Source: Spartinivicinus ruber
GTDB taxonomy: Bacteria > Pseudomonadota > Gammaproteobacteria > Pseudomonadales > Zooshikellaceae
Assembly: GCF_011009015.1 (NCBI RefSeq)
Contig: NZ_CP048878.1
Location: 2,656,354-2,696,353, forward strand
DNA: 40,000 nt
Direction: 5' to 3'
Shown: piece after piece, positions 18,507 through 27,633 of the stretch
Numbering within the stretch: position 1 is the first letter of the stretch
How the letters are laid out: the number at the start of each line of letters is the position of its first letter
Notes under the pieces: model-generated
What the model was told of the DNA's origin: nothing
Databases searched by the model: none
Seen by the model: the letters and a program-made list of their open reading frames with translations, nothing else
Position numbers and translations under genes: made by a program

Positions 18507-18625
18507 CCGATACCATCCCCTTAGTTTACCATGTCACCGAACAGGAAATTTTATCCTGGCCGGTCGATAAAGCCCTGCGTCGTTATCAACTGACTCTACA
18601 ACGTTATGCCAAACGCTCAATATAG
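17928..18625 (+). CDS. Frameshift-extended chaperone (E+E'-type, -1 shift at 18455-18461)
   Basis: Hand translation after the -1 slip gives DRNGGLLSRRDINTLTDTIPLVYHVTEQEILSWPVDKALRRYQLTLQRYAKRSI, with the stop at 18623-18625. This frame is open across the otherwise non-coding 100-nt gap. Confidence 0.6.
18455..18461 (+). promoter_or_regulatory. Programmed -1 frameshift heptamer T_TTT_TTG
   Basis: The zero-frame codons TTT TTG at 18456-18461 are preceded by T. This is the same heptamer as at the P2 E/E+E' site, from memory. Confidence 0.65.
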
Positions 18626-21191
18626 TATTGCCATTGCGGCGATTGACCGCTTTTCGGCACCACTACAGTCGTATCAGCGCACCACCGAACAGTTAACATC
18701 ACAATTACGTGAGCAACGTTCTGAGGTTCGCCGATTGAATGCCGTGCAACGGGATATGAGCAGTTATGATCGATTGCAGCGGCAAATGGAAGACACCAGC
18801 CGTTCGTTATCTGATGCCAGGCTGGAGCAGCGTCAGTTAGCCCAACAGATGCGGGATACCCAAAACCCCAGCCGACAACTGACGCGACATTTTGATCGGG
18901 CTAACCGGGCGGTGACTCAGTTAAATGCGCAGTATCAAACTCAAACTAATCGGTTAGACCGCCTACAACGGGAGTTGTCTGATGCCGGTGTGGATACTAA
19001 CCGTTTAGTGGTTGAACAAATCCGCATGGCGGGTGCGGTGAACCAAGCCAATAATGCCTTAGAGTCTCAACAGCAACGAATGCAGGCGGTTAATCAGGCC
19101 CAAGCCCGAATTGATGCTAACCAAGCGGAACGGGGCAAAGTCTATGGCGCGATGATGGAAGTGGCCGCCGCGGGGTATTTAATGGCCCAGCCTGTCAGAA
19201 AAGCCATTGATTATGAATCGTCTTTTGCCGATGTAAAAAAAGTCGTGGACTTTGACGGGTCCAAAGGCGAAGACAAGCAAATGGCCAGTGACATACTGAA
19301 GCTGTCCACTAAAATCCCGATGGCCGCAGACGGCTTATCAGAAATTATTGCCGCCGGTGGCCAAAGTAATATCGCCAAAGGTGAGTTATTAAACTTTGCG
19401 ACCTCGGCGGCCAAAATGGGTGTGGCCTTTGATATTGAGGCAGAAGAAGCCGGTAAAACCATGGCCGCCTGGCGTTCGGCAATGGGATTAAATCAAGACC
19501 GGGCAATTAAGCTGGCGGATGCTACTAATTATTTATCAAATAACCTATCAGCAGAAGCCAAGGATATTGCTGGGGTAATGAAACGCCAGGGATCAGTGGC
19601 GATGTCCTCTGGCTTTTCAGAAGTCCAGGCCGCGAGTTTTTCGGCTGCCTTATTATCCGGTGGTGCAGCTGAAGAAGTCGCTGCTACGGCCTTAAAAAAT
19701 ATCACCGGGGCCATGTCCAAAGGGAAAATGGCCTCCAAACGCCAAAAACAAGTGTGGGGGCAATTAGGCTTTGACCCGGAATTATTAGCCGGTGAAATGC
19801 TACAGGATGCGCCTAACACCATTATTCGGGTCTTTGAAGCCTTTCAGGATATGCCCGAGGAAGAAATCAGCGCCTTAGTCTCTGCCTTATTTGGAGAAGA
19901 ATCGAAAGGGGCAGTGATGCCCTTAATTAAAAACCTGGATAATTTAAAAAATGCATTCAAATTAACCGGGGATGAAAGTCGTTACCTTAGCTCCATGGAA
20001 AAGGAGTATCAGGCCCGTTCAGCCACTACTGCGAATAACTTAGAATTATTAGGCAACAGTTTTGACCGCTTATTTATAGTAATGGGCGATCAGTTATTGC
20101 CGGTATTAAATGACATTGTTGATCCTCTCACCGAATTTATTAACTCATTAGCGGATGCCGCCGAGGAATATCCAACCGTAGCTAAAACCATCGGCTTAAT
20201 TGGCGCTGGTGGTGTGGCGTTAATTGGGGCTGGATTAGCCATTAAATTAATGGCCCTCGGTATTGGCCAAGGGATTAATTATTTACGCCGAGCCCGTGCC
20301 AGGTTAGGCGGTACGACAGCGACCACGGCCACCCAAACCCAACAAGCGAATACGTCACTACGACAGTTGAATAATACCTTAGCGGGTACGGGTCGAGGCA
20401 ATAACAATAGACGACAATTAGGCGCTAACTGTGCTTGCTGTTGTTGCCAGATGGACGGTGGTGGTAGACGAAGAAGGCGTGGTAGAAGAAACAGAGGGCG
20501 AAGCCGACGTGGGAGACTATCCGGCAGAGGCCGTACATTACCCGTTTTACCCAACCCTGCTGCGGCTGTTACCCCAGGAATAGGCCGACGGTTATTACAA
20601 GGCGCAGGCCGTGTGGTGAGGCCATTAGGGGTTGGACTGGCGGCAACTGCTTTAGCTGATGCGGCCATGGCGGGCGATGCGACAGAAGCCGGTGGACAGT
20701 TAGGCGATATAGCCGGCAGTTTAAGTGGAGCGATGGCCGGTGGTGCCATGGGGGCGGCAGTGGGTAGTGTGGTACCGGTCGTGGGTACCGTAATTGGTGG
20801 GGCCATTGGCAGTGTCGTTGGGGGGATTGCCGGGAGCAGTTTAGGTAAATGGATTGGTGAAGGCGTTGGCAGCTGGTTTGATGATGACGATGAAAAAGAA
20901 ACAGTCGAGCTTAAACCCAAGGTGGCTGATATTGTTAATCAACCCATTACCGATAAATTACCCTCACCTGAAAAAGTGTCTCAGCAGATCGTTACTAATA
21001 ACAACCACCAACAAGTGTCGCCTACCTTTAACCTAAGTTTTATGATGCCACCGGGCATTGATCCCAATAATACCCAAGCGCTAGCCGATAGCATTACCAA
21101 TCAAATGCAATCTCAAGTCTTACCGTTAATGGCCAGTGGTCAATTAGCCGAACGACTGGATGGTTCGCTTTCAGATAGGAATAACGATTAA
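18606..21191 (+). CDS. Tail tape measure protein
   Basis: 861 aa with a coiled-coil Q/R-rich N-terminus, a central TMP-like core, and Gly/Ala-rich hydrophobic segments. Confidence 0.9.
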   Translation: MPNAQYSIAIAAIDRFSAPLQSYQRTTEQLTSQLREQRSEVRRLNAVQRDMSSYDRLQRQMEDTSRSLSDARLEQRQLAQQMRDTQNPSRQLTRHFDRANRAVTQLNAQYQTQTNRLDRLQRELSDAGVDTNRLVVEQIRMAGAVNQANNALESQQQRMQAVNQAQARIDANQAERGKVYGAMMEVAAAGYLMAQPVRKAIDYESSFADVKKVVDFDGSKGEDKQMASDILKLSTKIPMAADGLSEIIAAGGQSNIAKGELLNFATSAAKMGVAFDIEAEEAGKTMAAWRSAMGLNQDRAIKLADATNYLSNNLSAEAKDIAGVMKRQGSVAMSSGFSEVQAASFSAALLSGGAAEEVAATALKNITGAMSKGKMASKRQKQVWGQLGFDPELLAGEMLQDAPNTIIRVFEAFQDMPEEEISALVSALFGEESKGAVMPLIKNLDNLKNAFKLTGDESRYLSSMEKEYQARSATTANNLELLGNSFDRLFIVMGDQLLPVLNDIVDPLTEFINSLADAAEEYPTVAKTIGLIGAGGVALIGAGLAIKLMALGIGQGINYLRRARARLGGTTATTATQTQQANTSLRQLNNTLAGTGRGNNNRRQLGANCACCCCQMDGGGRRRRRGRRNRGRSRRGRLSGRGRTLPVLPNPAAAVTPGIGRRLLQGAGRVVRPLGVGLAATALADAAMAGDATEAGGQLGDIAGSLSGAMAGGAMGAAVGSVVPVVGTVIGGAIGSVVGGIAGSSLGKWIGEGVGSWFDDDDEKETVELKPKVADIVNQPITDKLPSPEKVSQQIVTNNNHQQVSPTFNLSFMMPPGIDPNNTQALADSITNQMQSQVLPLMASGQLAERLDGSLSDRNND

Positions 21192-21592
21192 TGCGACAAC
21201 AAATGGCATTAGGGGATTTTGTATTCAGTATTACCCATCGCTCGGCGTATGAGCAATTACAATACAAATCTTCCGTTAAATGGGTGAATACCGAAGTGGT
21301 AAATGGTAAACCGTTAAGTCACTTTAGTGCACCGAATTTAGATACCATTAGCGTAAATGGTAAGGTCTTTGGTGTGACTGGCGAAGATAATTTATTGCGT
21401 TTACGACAGATGCAGCTGGCCGGTCAGCCTTATTTTTTAGTGGATGGCCGGGGTACCAATTTAGGGCAGTGGAAAATACTGGAAGTCACTGAAACCCATA
21501 AACGGATATTACCTACCGGGGAACCCCAAGTAATTGAATTTACCCTGTCATTAGAGGAGTATGCTAATGCGCGTCACGACCCTGGCCGGTGA
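21191..21592 (+). CDS. Tail protein, P2 gpU-like
   Basis: 133 aa. MALGDFVFS...GQPYFLVDGRG.NLG.W.I fits gpU. TAATG overlap with the tape measure stop. Confidence 0.75.
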   Translation: MRQQMALGDFVFSITHRSAYEQLQYKSSVKWVNTEVVNGKPLSHFSAPNLDTISVNGKVFGVTGEDNLLRLRQMQLAGQPYFLVDGRGTNLGQWKILEVTETHKRILPTGEPQVIEFTLSLEEYANARHDPGR

Positions 21593-21773
21593 TACGGTAG
21601 CTGATTTACTATACCGGCATTTAGGGCAAGATAATGACGAATTAGAGAACGCTTTTTATCAACTCAATCCAGAAATAACACAACTCACTTATATCTTACC
21701 CGCCGGTATTCCCCTCACTTTACCCACCCCTCAACCGATAAAACCAAAGCCAGTTATACAATTATGGGATTAG
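21561..21773 (+). CDS. Tail protein, P2 gpX-like
   Basis: About 68-70 aa. VTTLAGDTVADLLYRHLG fits the gpX N-terminus. Confidence 0.75.
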   Translation: MLMRVTTLAGDTVADLLYRHLGQDNDELENAFYQLNPEITQLTYILPAGIPLTLPTPQPIKPKPVIQLWD

Positions 21774-22774
21774 ATTATCGCGTATATCCAACTATGACGG
21801 GTGCGCATGCCAACATTATTAATCAACGGCTCATCTCCTGGGAATTAACCGATGCGGCGGGTCATCAGTCTGACCAATTAAAACTAGTCGTCGATGCGGA
21901 AGGATTACCTGGCCTACCCAAAGAAGGTGAAAGAATAGGGTTAATACTGAATTATCAAGGTGTTCCTTATGATAAAGGCGAGTTTTTAATTACCCGGATT
22001 AACGCCAAATTATTTCCGATGGAAATAACCATAGTTGCAACAGCGGCACCGTTTCAGGTGAAAGATGACAGTGCGTTTAAGAAAAGACGGTCACAGTCCT
22101 ATGAGCAATATACACTCGGTGTGTTATTTGAAAATATCGTAAAAAAACACGGTTTTTTACCTCGCGTCGATCCAGCGTTAGCTAATATTAAAGTAAGTCA
22201 TGTCGATCAAACCGACGAAACGGATATGTCGTTTATTACCCGTTTAGCCAGGCAGTATGATGCAGTCGCTAAGCCTGTCAACCAGCTGTATATTCTGGCT
22301 AAAAAAGGACAGCTAAAAAGCATATCGGGTAAACAGTTATTGACTGTTAAAGTTGGTTTGCCTGCCAATAACCAGCCGACAAATCATAATTTTATTAATG
22401 CACATGCCACTTTACCGAGTCGAGGTAAATATAATGGTGTGGTCACTCTCTGGTGGGATGGAAAAGCCGCTAAGGAACGAGAAGTGAAAATAGGCAAACC
22501 TGCCTATAAAAAACTACGACACCTGTTTGACAGTGAGGCTAAGGCCAGAGAAATAGGCCAAAGTCAGCTAAGAAAAGTGGGTCGTAAAGGTGTGAATATT
22601 TCCTTAGAAATACCAGCGAATCCGTTGTTAGTAGCGGAAGGATTGATCGAATTAGATGGGAGTTTTCCGGGTCATATGCAAGGTAAGTGGTCAATAGAGC
22701 GGGTGATGTATAGAGGTAATAAGTCGATGGGTTGTAGGTGTTCGGTGAGTGCGGGGCAACCCAGTAATAGATAA
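21764..22774 (+). CDS. Tail/late control protein, P2 gpD-like
   Basis: 336 aa and the last gene of the tail module. MSFITRLARQYDAVAKP is gpD-like. Confidence 0.85.
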   Translation: MGLDYRVYPTMTGAHANIINQRLISWELTDAAGHQSDQLKLVVDAEGLPGLPKEGERIGLILNYQGVPYDKGEFLITRINAKLFPMEITIVATAAPFQVKDDSAFKKRRSQSYEQYTLGVLFENIVKKHGFLPRVDPALANIKVSHVDQTDETDMSFITRLARQYDAVAKPVNQLYILAKKGQLKSISGKQLLTVKVGLPANNQPTNHNFINAHATLPSRGKYNGVVTLWWDGKAAKEREVKIGKPAYKKLRHLFDSEAKAREIGQSQLRKVGRKGVNISLEIPANPLLVAEGLIELDGSFPGHMQGKWSIERVMYRGNKSMGCRCSVSAGQPSNR

Positions 22775-22806
22775 TGATCAATTAATCGTTGGGTAAGGAA
22801 AGCCAA

Positions 22807-23292
22807 ATGATAAGATCTTTAGAAAAAATTACATTATCAGACCTAAAAAAATTGTATCAACTAGCTTCTGAAGATATGAGGGCTTTTTTTTAAACGAAAT
22901 CCAAGATATAAAAGCTCGTATTTTGGCAATGAAAGTTTAGTTGCGCTATGTCAGGGAACAGCATTGCATTACATTGATAGTAAAAACGGTGTTAAAGATT
23001 TTGATATATGGTTCTTTTTCCAGAAGCTGGAATCAATTTGCCTTGTCGTCGTAGAGGTGTAGTAGATTTTGGCCAATCGAAATTTGGAAAGCACCCAGAT
23101 GTAACAGAATATGAGGGTAGAACTGTTGATGTTCTAATGCGTTCAGATAAAGCATTCAATAACACTACTGCTGAATCAGGGATTGCTAATTACTTATCAA
23201 AGCCAAGAACTAAAACCGCTAGATTATTAGCACAAAAGGCGGTAATTGGTCTATATCCAGAAAATATTTTTGGTAAAGTGATGTGGCAGTAA
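22807..23292 (+). pseudogene. Gene interrupted by two compensating homopolymer frameshifts (possible nucleotidyltransferase fold)
   Basis: Frame 1 (22807-22890) stops after a T8 run. Frame 2 (22892-23019) reads KRNPRYKSSYFGNESLVALCQGTALHYIDSKNGVKDFDIWFF. Frame 1 resumes after the T5 run (23015-23019) and runs to 23292. Confidence 0.5.
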
Positions 23293-23486
23293 CTTTTAAT
23301 AAATAGTAGACAATAAAGGCAACAAAAATATTGGCCTGTTAAATCTAAATTACAGCGTAAAGGGCATTTAAATAAAAAAATACTGTTTAGTAATATGTGA
23401 AAGTAAGTCATTAGTATAACAAATGATTGTTTATTGATCTGCAATCCTATATTTAGTGATTTAAAATTTATTTACGAGTATTTATT

Positions 23487-24206
23487 ATGACACAATGGCA
23501 TTATGCAGTTAACGGAGAACAAATAGGCCCTGTTAGCATTGATGATATTAAAGTCGCTGTTAATGCAGGTAAAATAACTACTTCGACGAAAGTATGGAAT
23601 GGTAAAGGGGATTGGAAACCTGCTAAGGAAACACGGTTATTTGACATTTTAAAATCAGCAGATCCAGCAATTCCTCCACCTCTAGCTTCTGAGGATGTAG
23701 CTAATAACTTCATTTGGATATTGATAGTAGTTCCAATTCTAGGAGTTACTATTGATTTTATTATTGGTACAGTTTTGATTTTTCCATCATTTATCGCCAA
23801 TACTATTTTATGTATAATGGACATAAGAAAGTTGAAGGCAGCGGGTTACATTGCGCCAAATCATTGGACGGTTTTTATTGTACCTGTTTATATATGGAAA
23901 CGTGCAACATTACTAAATCATAAAAGGAACTACTTTTATAGTTGGATAGCTTCTTTTTTCTTGTCAATATTCCTTGCTATTAGTGGTGCTAGATTAATTA
24001 TAGAAGAAGCTGCCTGTCCTATAGTCACAGATATAATCAAATCACAATTATATAGTTCAGCAAAATGTATGGGTGTGAGTATAAATAAAGAAGTAACAAC
24101 TGGTTTTTACAAAGCAACTGCAACTTTAGATAATGGGTATGATATTAATATTACCATTGAAGAAAAAGACAATGGGATGATTTACATACGAATTCCTAAC
24201 CAGTAA
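23487..24206 (+). CDS. GYF_2 (DUF4339)-domain membrane protein
   Basis: The N-terminus WHYAVNGEQIGPVSIDDIKVAVNAGKITTSTKVWNGKGDWKPAKE is the GYF_2 pattern. Three to four hydrophobic helices and a small C-domain follow. Confidence 0.65.
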   Translation: MTQWHYAVNGEQIGPVSIDDIKVAVNAGKITTSTKVWNGKGDWKPAKETRLFDILKSADPAIPPPLASEDVANNFIWILIVVPILGVTIDFIIGTVLIFPSFIANTILCIMDIRKLKAAGYIAPNHWTVFIVPVYIWKRATLLNHKRNYFYSWIASFFLSIFLAISGARLIIEEAACPIVTDIIKSQLYSSAKCMGVSINKEVTTGFYKATATLDNGYDINITIEEKDNGMIYIRIPNQ

Positions 24207-24259
24207 TAATGTGAGTTTAGTACAGGATAAAAGTAACAAACGGATCAGATGCTAGATAT

Positions 24260-24760
24260 ATGGATCTACTTAGTTGGATCAAGGCACCAAGAGAAGTTGT
24301 ATGGCCTTTAATAATCGTTAGCTGCTTACTGCTATGGGGGCCCGGATGGTTTGTACAAGGTTTGGGACTTGAAAGTTTCATTGATGAGTATAGAAAGTGG
24401 CTTGGAGTAGTATTCTTATTTTTTCTGATCGTAGGGATTCAACCAGCTATACCATCTGCATATAAAAAAATCATAAAGATGATCGACACACGTAAAAGGT
24501 TAAACAAAGCAACTGAGGAGATATCAAATCTTACTCCAAAAGAAAAAGAAATTTTAAGATATTATATTATCAATAATATCAGGACACAAGATCTAAGTAT
24601 TCAAGATGGTAATGTAAATATTTTAATTTCAAAGGGCTTCTTAATTTTGGCATCAAGTGTCAGTTATGGAGGCATGAAGGGTAGTTTTACTTTTCCAGTA
24701 AATATAACTGACTGGACATGGAACTACATTAGAAAGAATCCAAATGTGTTGGAGGATTAG
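24260..24760 (+). CDS. Two-TM membrane protein, SieB-like (superinfection exclusion candidate)
   Basis: Two N-terminal TM helices are followed by LTPKEKEILRYYI...DGNVNILISKGFL. This resembles the SieB-family pattern as I recall it; not searched. Confidence 0.5.
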   Translation: MDLLSWIKAPREVVWPLIIVSCLLLWGPGWFVQGLGLESFIDEYRKWLGVVFLFFLIVGIQPAIPSAYKKIIKMIDTRKRLNKATEEISNLTPKEKEILRYYIINNIRTQDLSIQDGNVNILISKGFLILASSVSYGGMKGSFTFPVNITDWTWNYIRKNPNVLED

Positions 24761-24858
24761 GTAGTTAATACTATAAAGTCGGATGAAATGAATACCATCA
24801 GTGTGTGGGAAAAAACTATAAACACTATAAATGTAGTATTCATCAATCACTGTTATTA

Positions 24859-24917
24859 CCCTGAACTACCGATTTTTTAGTATATCACGTCATAGTGACG
24901 TTCATTAGTAGTTAGGA
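24859..24917 (+). other. attC-like recombination site (attC-1)
   Basis: CCCTGAAC ... ACGTCAtagTGACGT ... GTTAGGA. The arms CCT(G)AACTAC and GTAGTTAGG pair with one bulged G. The left arm is longer than canonical. Confidence 0.6.
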
Positions 24918-24940
24918 CTAGCATAAGCACAGATATAAAA

Positions 24941-25276
24941 GTGTTGCTTGAGCACTTAATATCAGACGAATGGGTTTTGGTTGATGTTGACCCTATTTAT
25001 TCTTCTGATAGAAACTCGAAAAGGCGAGAGGCTTTATACGAGCTTAAGCATGCTGAGTTGACTAGCAATGTCAGCAAAGGGGCTAAGTATTGGTTTGAAG
25101 GTGATGACGCTCTAGATTTTGTTGCTGCCTTAAGTATCTTGGAGGCTTGTGCTCTTTGGCATAGAACGGAGTTAAATTCGAATCAGCTTGAAATGAATTT
25201 ACAGGGCCAACTAACAACATATTTTGACTTATGGGAACCTGATTTTGAAAAGTGGAGGGTGATCGTTGCAATTTAG
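24941..25276 (+). CDS. Cassette ORF, hypothetical acidic 111-aa protein
   Basis: It is the only ORF in cassette 24912-25348. It has a GTG start and a weak SD. Confidence 0.45.
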   Translation: MLLEHLISDEWVLVDVDPIYSSDRNSKRREALYELKHAELTSNVSKGAKYWFEGDDALDFVAALSILEACALWHRTELNSNQLEMNLQGQLTTYFDLWEPDFEKWRVIVAI

Positions 25277-25284
25277 TCAACCCA

Positions 25285-25354
25285 GTCCTAACAAAGCGCT
25301 GCTAGGGAAAAACCTACGCTGTGCTTCGGTTTTCCCCAGAGCACGGCGTTAGGC
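25285..25354 (+). other. attC site (attC-a)
   Basis: R'' GTCCTAAC, 5-nt spacer, L'' GCTGCTAGG, stem GGGAAAAACC/GGTTTTCCCC, L' CCAGAGC, 5-nt spacer, R' GTTAGGC. Confidence 0.8.
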
Positions 25355-25376
25355 TTCAAAAAGGAGGTTATCAGCA

Positions 25377-26051
25377 TTGTTTAACCTACTTATTTCAGCA
25401 AACCCGGAGAGTTGGGATTCACCTCATTGGGAAATCGAGCGAGCTAGGGCAGTTGTTGAATATACTGCTGATGAAATCAGCGAGCGGTATAAATTCTTCG
25501 ATGAAAAAGCAATTCGGGAATTAAAAAGCTTTCCCTGCTTATTCGTCATAGAGAACGAATATAAAGAATCTCGAATTGGATATATCACAGATATTAGGGT
25601 TCGGCAGAATACCGTCGTAGTAGATTTTGAGTTTGATCCAATCCTCCCTTTCTTGCCGATTGGATCAATAGAAAACCTAAGAGCAGATATCGACCTAGGT
25701 CGTTGGGAATTGTCTCGAACTCATTGGGCTGTAAAAGATGAAGCTATTTTTGATATTTTGCTCAAGCACGGCCTAATTACCCTACAGCAGTTAAATGCAT
25801 CGCAAGCATTAAAAGAGCCACCGCCACCACCTATAGTTCCGCCAGCAACTGCTGACGGTTCGGTTCCATTCAACACATCACAAGTATTCATTGTGCATGG
25901 CCATGACGAAATCGCTAAATTAGAGATAGCCGAGTTCATCGAAAGCCTAGGCCTGGAACCTATTATTCTTCATATGCAAGCTAGTTCGGGGCGCACAATA
26001 ATCGAAAAGATCGAACATTACTCCAATGTTGGGTTTGGTGTCGTACTTTAC
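25377..26051 (+). pseudogene. TIR-like (COG4271/PF10137-type) protein, 5' part, cut by IS3-family insertion
   Basis: TTG start with AAGGAGG SD. An uncharacterised N-domain is followed by a PPPPP linker, then VFIVHGHDEIAKLEIAEFIESLGLEPIILH...GFGVVLY, which is interrupted. Confidence 0.8.
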
Positions 26052-26107
26052 CCCTCTCTGTCAGGCTAGTTGTCGTTTTTATTCACTGAGATGACGACAG
26101 ATAACTG

Positions 26108-26590
26108 ATGGCTAAATATACCAAACAGCAAAAAGAAAATATCTTAAAGCTATTGCTCCCACCCGAAAATAAATCAGTCCCAGTGGTACACAAAATGACT
26201 GGCATTCCTCAGTCAACCCTGCATACTTGGAAAACCAAAGTGCGAAGTCAATCTGCCAACATGCCGAAAGAAACATCAAATCAAAGCTGGTCATCAGAAC
26301 AAAGGCTTAATGTGATCATTGAGACAGCGGCCTTATCTCAAGCAGAGCTAGCAGCCTATTGCCGAAAAAAAGGGTTGTATGTTGAGCAAGTTGAGCAGTG
26401 GAAACAGGCATTTATTCAGCCAGAGCAACCCTCCCAGGAGCTAAAGAAAAGCTTGCAAGTGGAAAAGCAGCGGTGCCAACAACTTGAAAAAGAGCTAAAG
26501 CGAAAAGAAAAAGCACTGGCCGAAGCCGCGGCCCTGTTAGTCCTTCAAAAAAAAGCTCAGTCAATCTGGGGACCGGACGAGGAAGCCTAA
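26108..26590 (+). CDS. IS3-family transposase OrfA (HTH + leucine-zipper-like)
   Basis: 160 aa with an HTH (MTGIPQSTLHTWKTK) and a coiled-coil C-terminus. Confidence 0.85.
   Translation: MAKYTKQQKENILKLLLPPENKSVPVVHKMTGIPQSTLHTWKTKVRSQSANMPKETSNQSWSSEQRLNVIIETAALSQAELAAYCRKKGLYVEQVEQWKQAFIQPEQPSQELKKSLQVEKQRCQQLEKELKRKEKALAEAAALLVLQKKAQSIWGPDEEA
26547..26554 (+). promoter_or_regulatory. IS3 programmed -1 frameshift site (A8, A_AAA_AAA)
   Basis: The OrfA frame reads CAA AAA AAA GCT. OrfB lies in the -1 frame and is open across the site. Confidence 0.7.
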
Positions 26591-27633
26591 CGTCGTATGC
26601 GGATAGGCAACAAACAGTTCAGTTAATTGGGGAAGCCACAACTGCAGGGGCTCGGCAATTTAAGGCCTGTGAAGTATTAGGGTTAACCCCGCGCACTTAT
26701 CAACGGTGGCAGCAAGGCGGTGAGCTACAACCGGATGGCCGCACCACTGCACAGCGTCCATTGCCGCCTAATAAGCTGCCTCCCAATGTTCATCAACAGA
26801 TGCGAGAAACGCTGAATTCACCGGAGTTTGCTGACCTCCCACCTTCTCAGATTGTGCCTAAATTAGCAGATCAAGGTGAGTATATTGCCAGTGAAGCCAG
26901 CTTTTATCGGCTCATGCGGGCAGAAGGGTTATCAACCCATCGAGGGAAGACCCAATCTCGTCAACCCAAACCGAAAACCACCCACACGGCGACAGGCCCT
27001 AATCAACTTTGGTGCTGGGATATCACTTGGTTGCCAGGTCCCGTCACCGGCATCTTTTTTTACCTGTATTTGATCCTTGATGTTTTCAGCCGCAAGGTGG
27101 TTGGCTGGGAGGTGCACGATTGTGAGCGTAGTAGCCTAGCGGCAGACTTAATACAGAAAGCCTTCTGGCGGGAAAATCTCCATAAAATTCACCAGCAGCC
27201 CCTGATATTACATTCAGATAATGGGAGTCCAATGAAGGGAAGCGCTTTACAAGTCAAACTCGCTGAACTTGGTATTGAGCCTTCTTATAGTCGACCGCGA
27301 GTTAGCAATGACAATGCTTATGCAGAGTCCATATTTAAGACCACTAAATACCGACCAGATTTCCCTCACCAAGGGTTTACCTCATTAGAAAGCGCTCAAC
27401 GGTGGGTTGATCAATTTGTTCATTGGTATAACCATGAGCATCAGCATAGTGGATTAAAGTTTGTAACACCGGTACAACGCCATACAGGTGAAGACCTAGT
27501 TATTTTAAGCCGGCGGAAACAGGTTTATGAGCAAGCTAAAGCAGCTTCCCCTAACCGATGGAGTGGGAATATACGAAACTGGGAGTTGGCAGATGAAGTC
27601 CACTTAAACCCTGAGAGAAATCAAACTCGTTAA
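26554..27633 (+). CDS. IS3-family transposase OrfB (DDE/rve core), made as OrfAB fusion by -1 frameshift
   Basis: The -1 frame is open from the A8 run. It contains an HTH (ACEVLGLTPRTYQRW), WCWDITWL, HSDNGSPM and SRPRVSNDNAYAES motifs. Confidence 0.85.
   Translation, partial: SSVNLGTGRGSLTSYADRQQTVQLIGEATTAGARQFKACEVLGLTPRTYQRWQQGGELQPDGRTTAQRPLPPNKLPPNVHQQMRETLNSPEFADLPPSQIVPKLADQGEYIASEASFYRLMRAEGLSTHRGKTQSRQPKPKTTHTATGPNQLWCWDITWLPGPVTGIFFYLYLILDVFSRKVVGWEVHDCERSSLAADLIQKAFWRENLHKIHQQPLILHSDNGSPMKGSALQVKLAELGIEPSYSRPRVSNDNAYAESIFKTTKYRPDFPHQGFTSLESAQRWVDQFVHWYNHEHQHSGLKFVTPVQRHTGEDLVILSRRKQVYEQAKAASPNRWSGNIRNWELADEVHLNPERNQTR

Noticed and set aside
20279-20920. 213-aa Pro/Ala-rich minus-strand ORF
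   Set aside because: It is the mirror image of the Gly/Ala/Arg-rich low-complexity part of the tape measure gene. Long antisense ORFs are expected from this codon bias.
23318-23350. AGGCAAC...GTTAAAT and other short box-like motifs between 23293-23486 and 24195-24225 (TCCTAAC...GTTTAGT) as additional attC sites
   Set aside because: They are only about 30 bp with no L boxes or stem, and the cassette-start complementarity test fails.
25321-25524. 67-aa ORF overlapping attC-a and the TIR-like gene start; likewise 29271-29483 overlapping attC-d
   Set aside because: They run through attC hairpins and overlap better-supported cassette ORFs that have strong SDs.
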